Shown here: piece by piece, positions 63,599-64,000 of the stretch
Numbering within the stretch: the first letter of the stretch is position 1
How the letters are laid out: every line of letters starts with the position of its first letter
From: Wickerhamiella versatilis
Lineage: Eukaryota
Direction: 5' to 3'
Assembly: GCA_030867685.1 (NCBI GenBank)
Contig: JAQOWU010000007.1
Coordinates: 744,001-808,000, forward strand
DNA: 64,000 nt
Program-made: the position numbers and the translations under genes
Notes under the pieces: generated by a model
Told to the model about the DNA's origin: nothing
The model's database searches: none
Seen by the model: only the letters and a program-made list of their open reading frames with translations

Positions 63599-63808
63599 AT
63601 GCCGCCCTTAGTGGATTATAGCTCAGACGACTCGGAGGACTGCGGTTGTGAAAATTTCAAATGGAGCATTGTGCCCAGCTCGCCACTAAAATGTCACATT
63701 CATGGTCATGACTTGATAGCATTATACCACTATCAGCAGCAGCTAACACAGGGTAAACGTTCGGTAAACCACGGGGTTGCCAACCCGCAAAAAAAGCGAC
63801 GAAGATAA
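63599..63808 (+). CDS. Small hypothetical protein (69 aa)
   Basis: MPPLVDYSSDDSED N-terminus, Cys/His cluster, NLS-like KKRRR tail; divergent from COA3. Confidence 0.4.
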   Translation: MPPLVDYSSDDSEDCGCENFKWSIVPSSPLKCHIHGHDLIALYHYQQQLTQGKRSVNHGVANPQKKRRR

Positions 63809-64000
63809 AGGTCCACTGTTGCATATACCAGCATACACCGTTCGGCGTCCACCTGGGTTTGTTCATGTTCCAATGTGCTGTTTGGTCATCTTGATTGGAG
63901 ATACATCGCATTAAGTCAATTTAAGTTGTCTAGAACTAGGTAAATGCTAGTTTGCTTCTCTATGTCTATTGTGTGTCTTCTATACGACTACTATGTAAGT

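Overview
Gene-dense, nearly intron-free budding-yeast (Saccharomycotina) chromosomal DNA that reads well in the standard code. Compactness and protein divergence suggest a Dipodascomycete such as Wickerhamiella/Starmerella, which is an inference. About 35 protein genes are present: PRD1 (partial), TMA7, LAS17, VPS1, a GH5 glycosidase, PLB, CDC14, FAT1, a SAF1-like F-box gene, LEU2, a short RAD52, RVS161, SAT4, YAE1, a CaaX-ended USP, an ARO80-like factor, NFS1, PET8, DCC1, BUD3, a YBL029W-like gene, GSF2, PEX13, a small GPI protein, SHR3, YMR1, NI9M, MRPL22, MOH1, a BSP1-like gene, PRP19, ANP1, OCA5, ECM29, TOR, COA3 and a small orphan ORF. Gene names come from recalled family motifs, not from database searches. 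No tRNA, rRNA, transposon or bacterial-looking gene was recognised. The most striking unexplained signal is regulatory. An AP-1/Yap/CRE-like motif (TGACTAA, TTACTAA, TGAGTCA, TTACTCA, TTACRTAA), in either orientation, lies about 0-35 nt upstream of the start codon of about 15 functionally unrelated genes. Divergent start codons here are as little as 20 and 44 bp apart, so the motif is a candidate lineage-specific minimal core-promoter system. Other points of note are candidate GTAAGC 5'-UTR introns, a Rad52 reduced to its N-terminal domain, a TOR P-loop Arg>Trp change, a 15-unit SH3-ligand minisatellite in LAS17 and stop codons shared by convergent genes.
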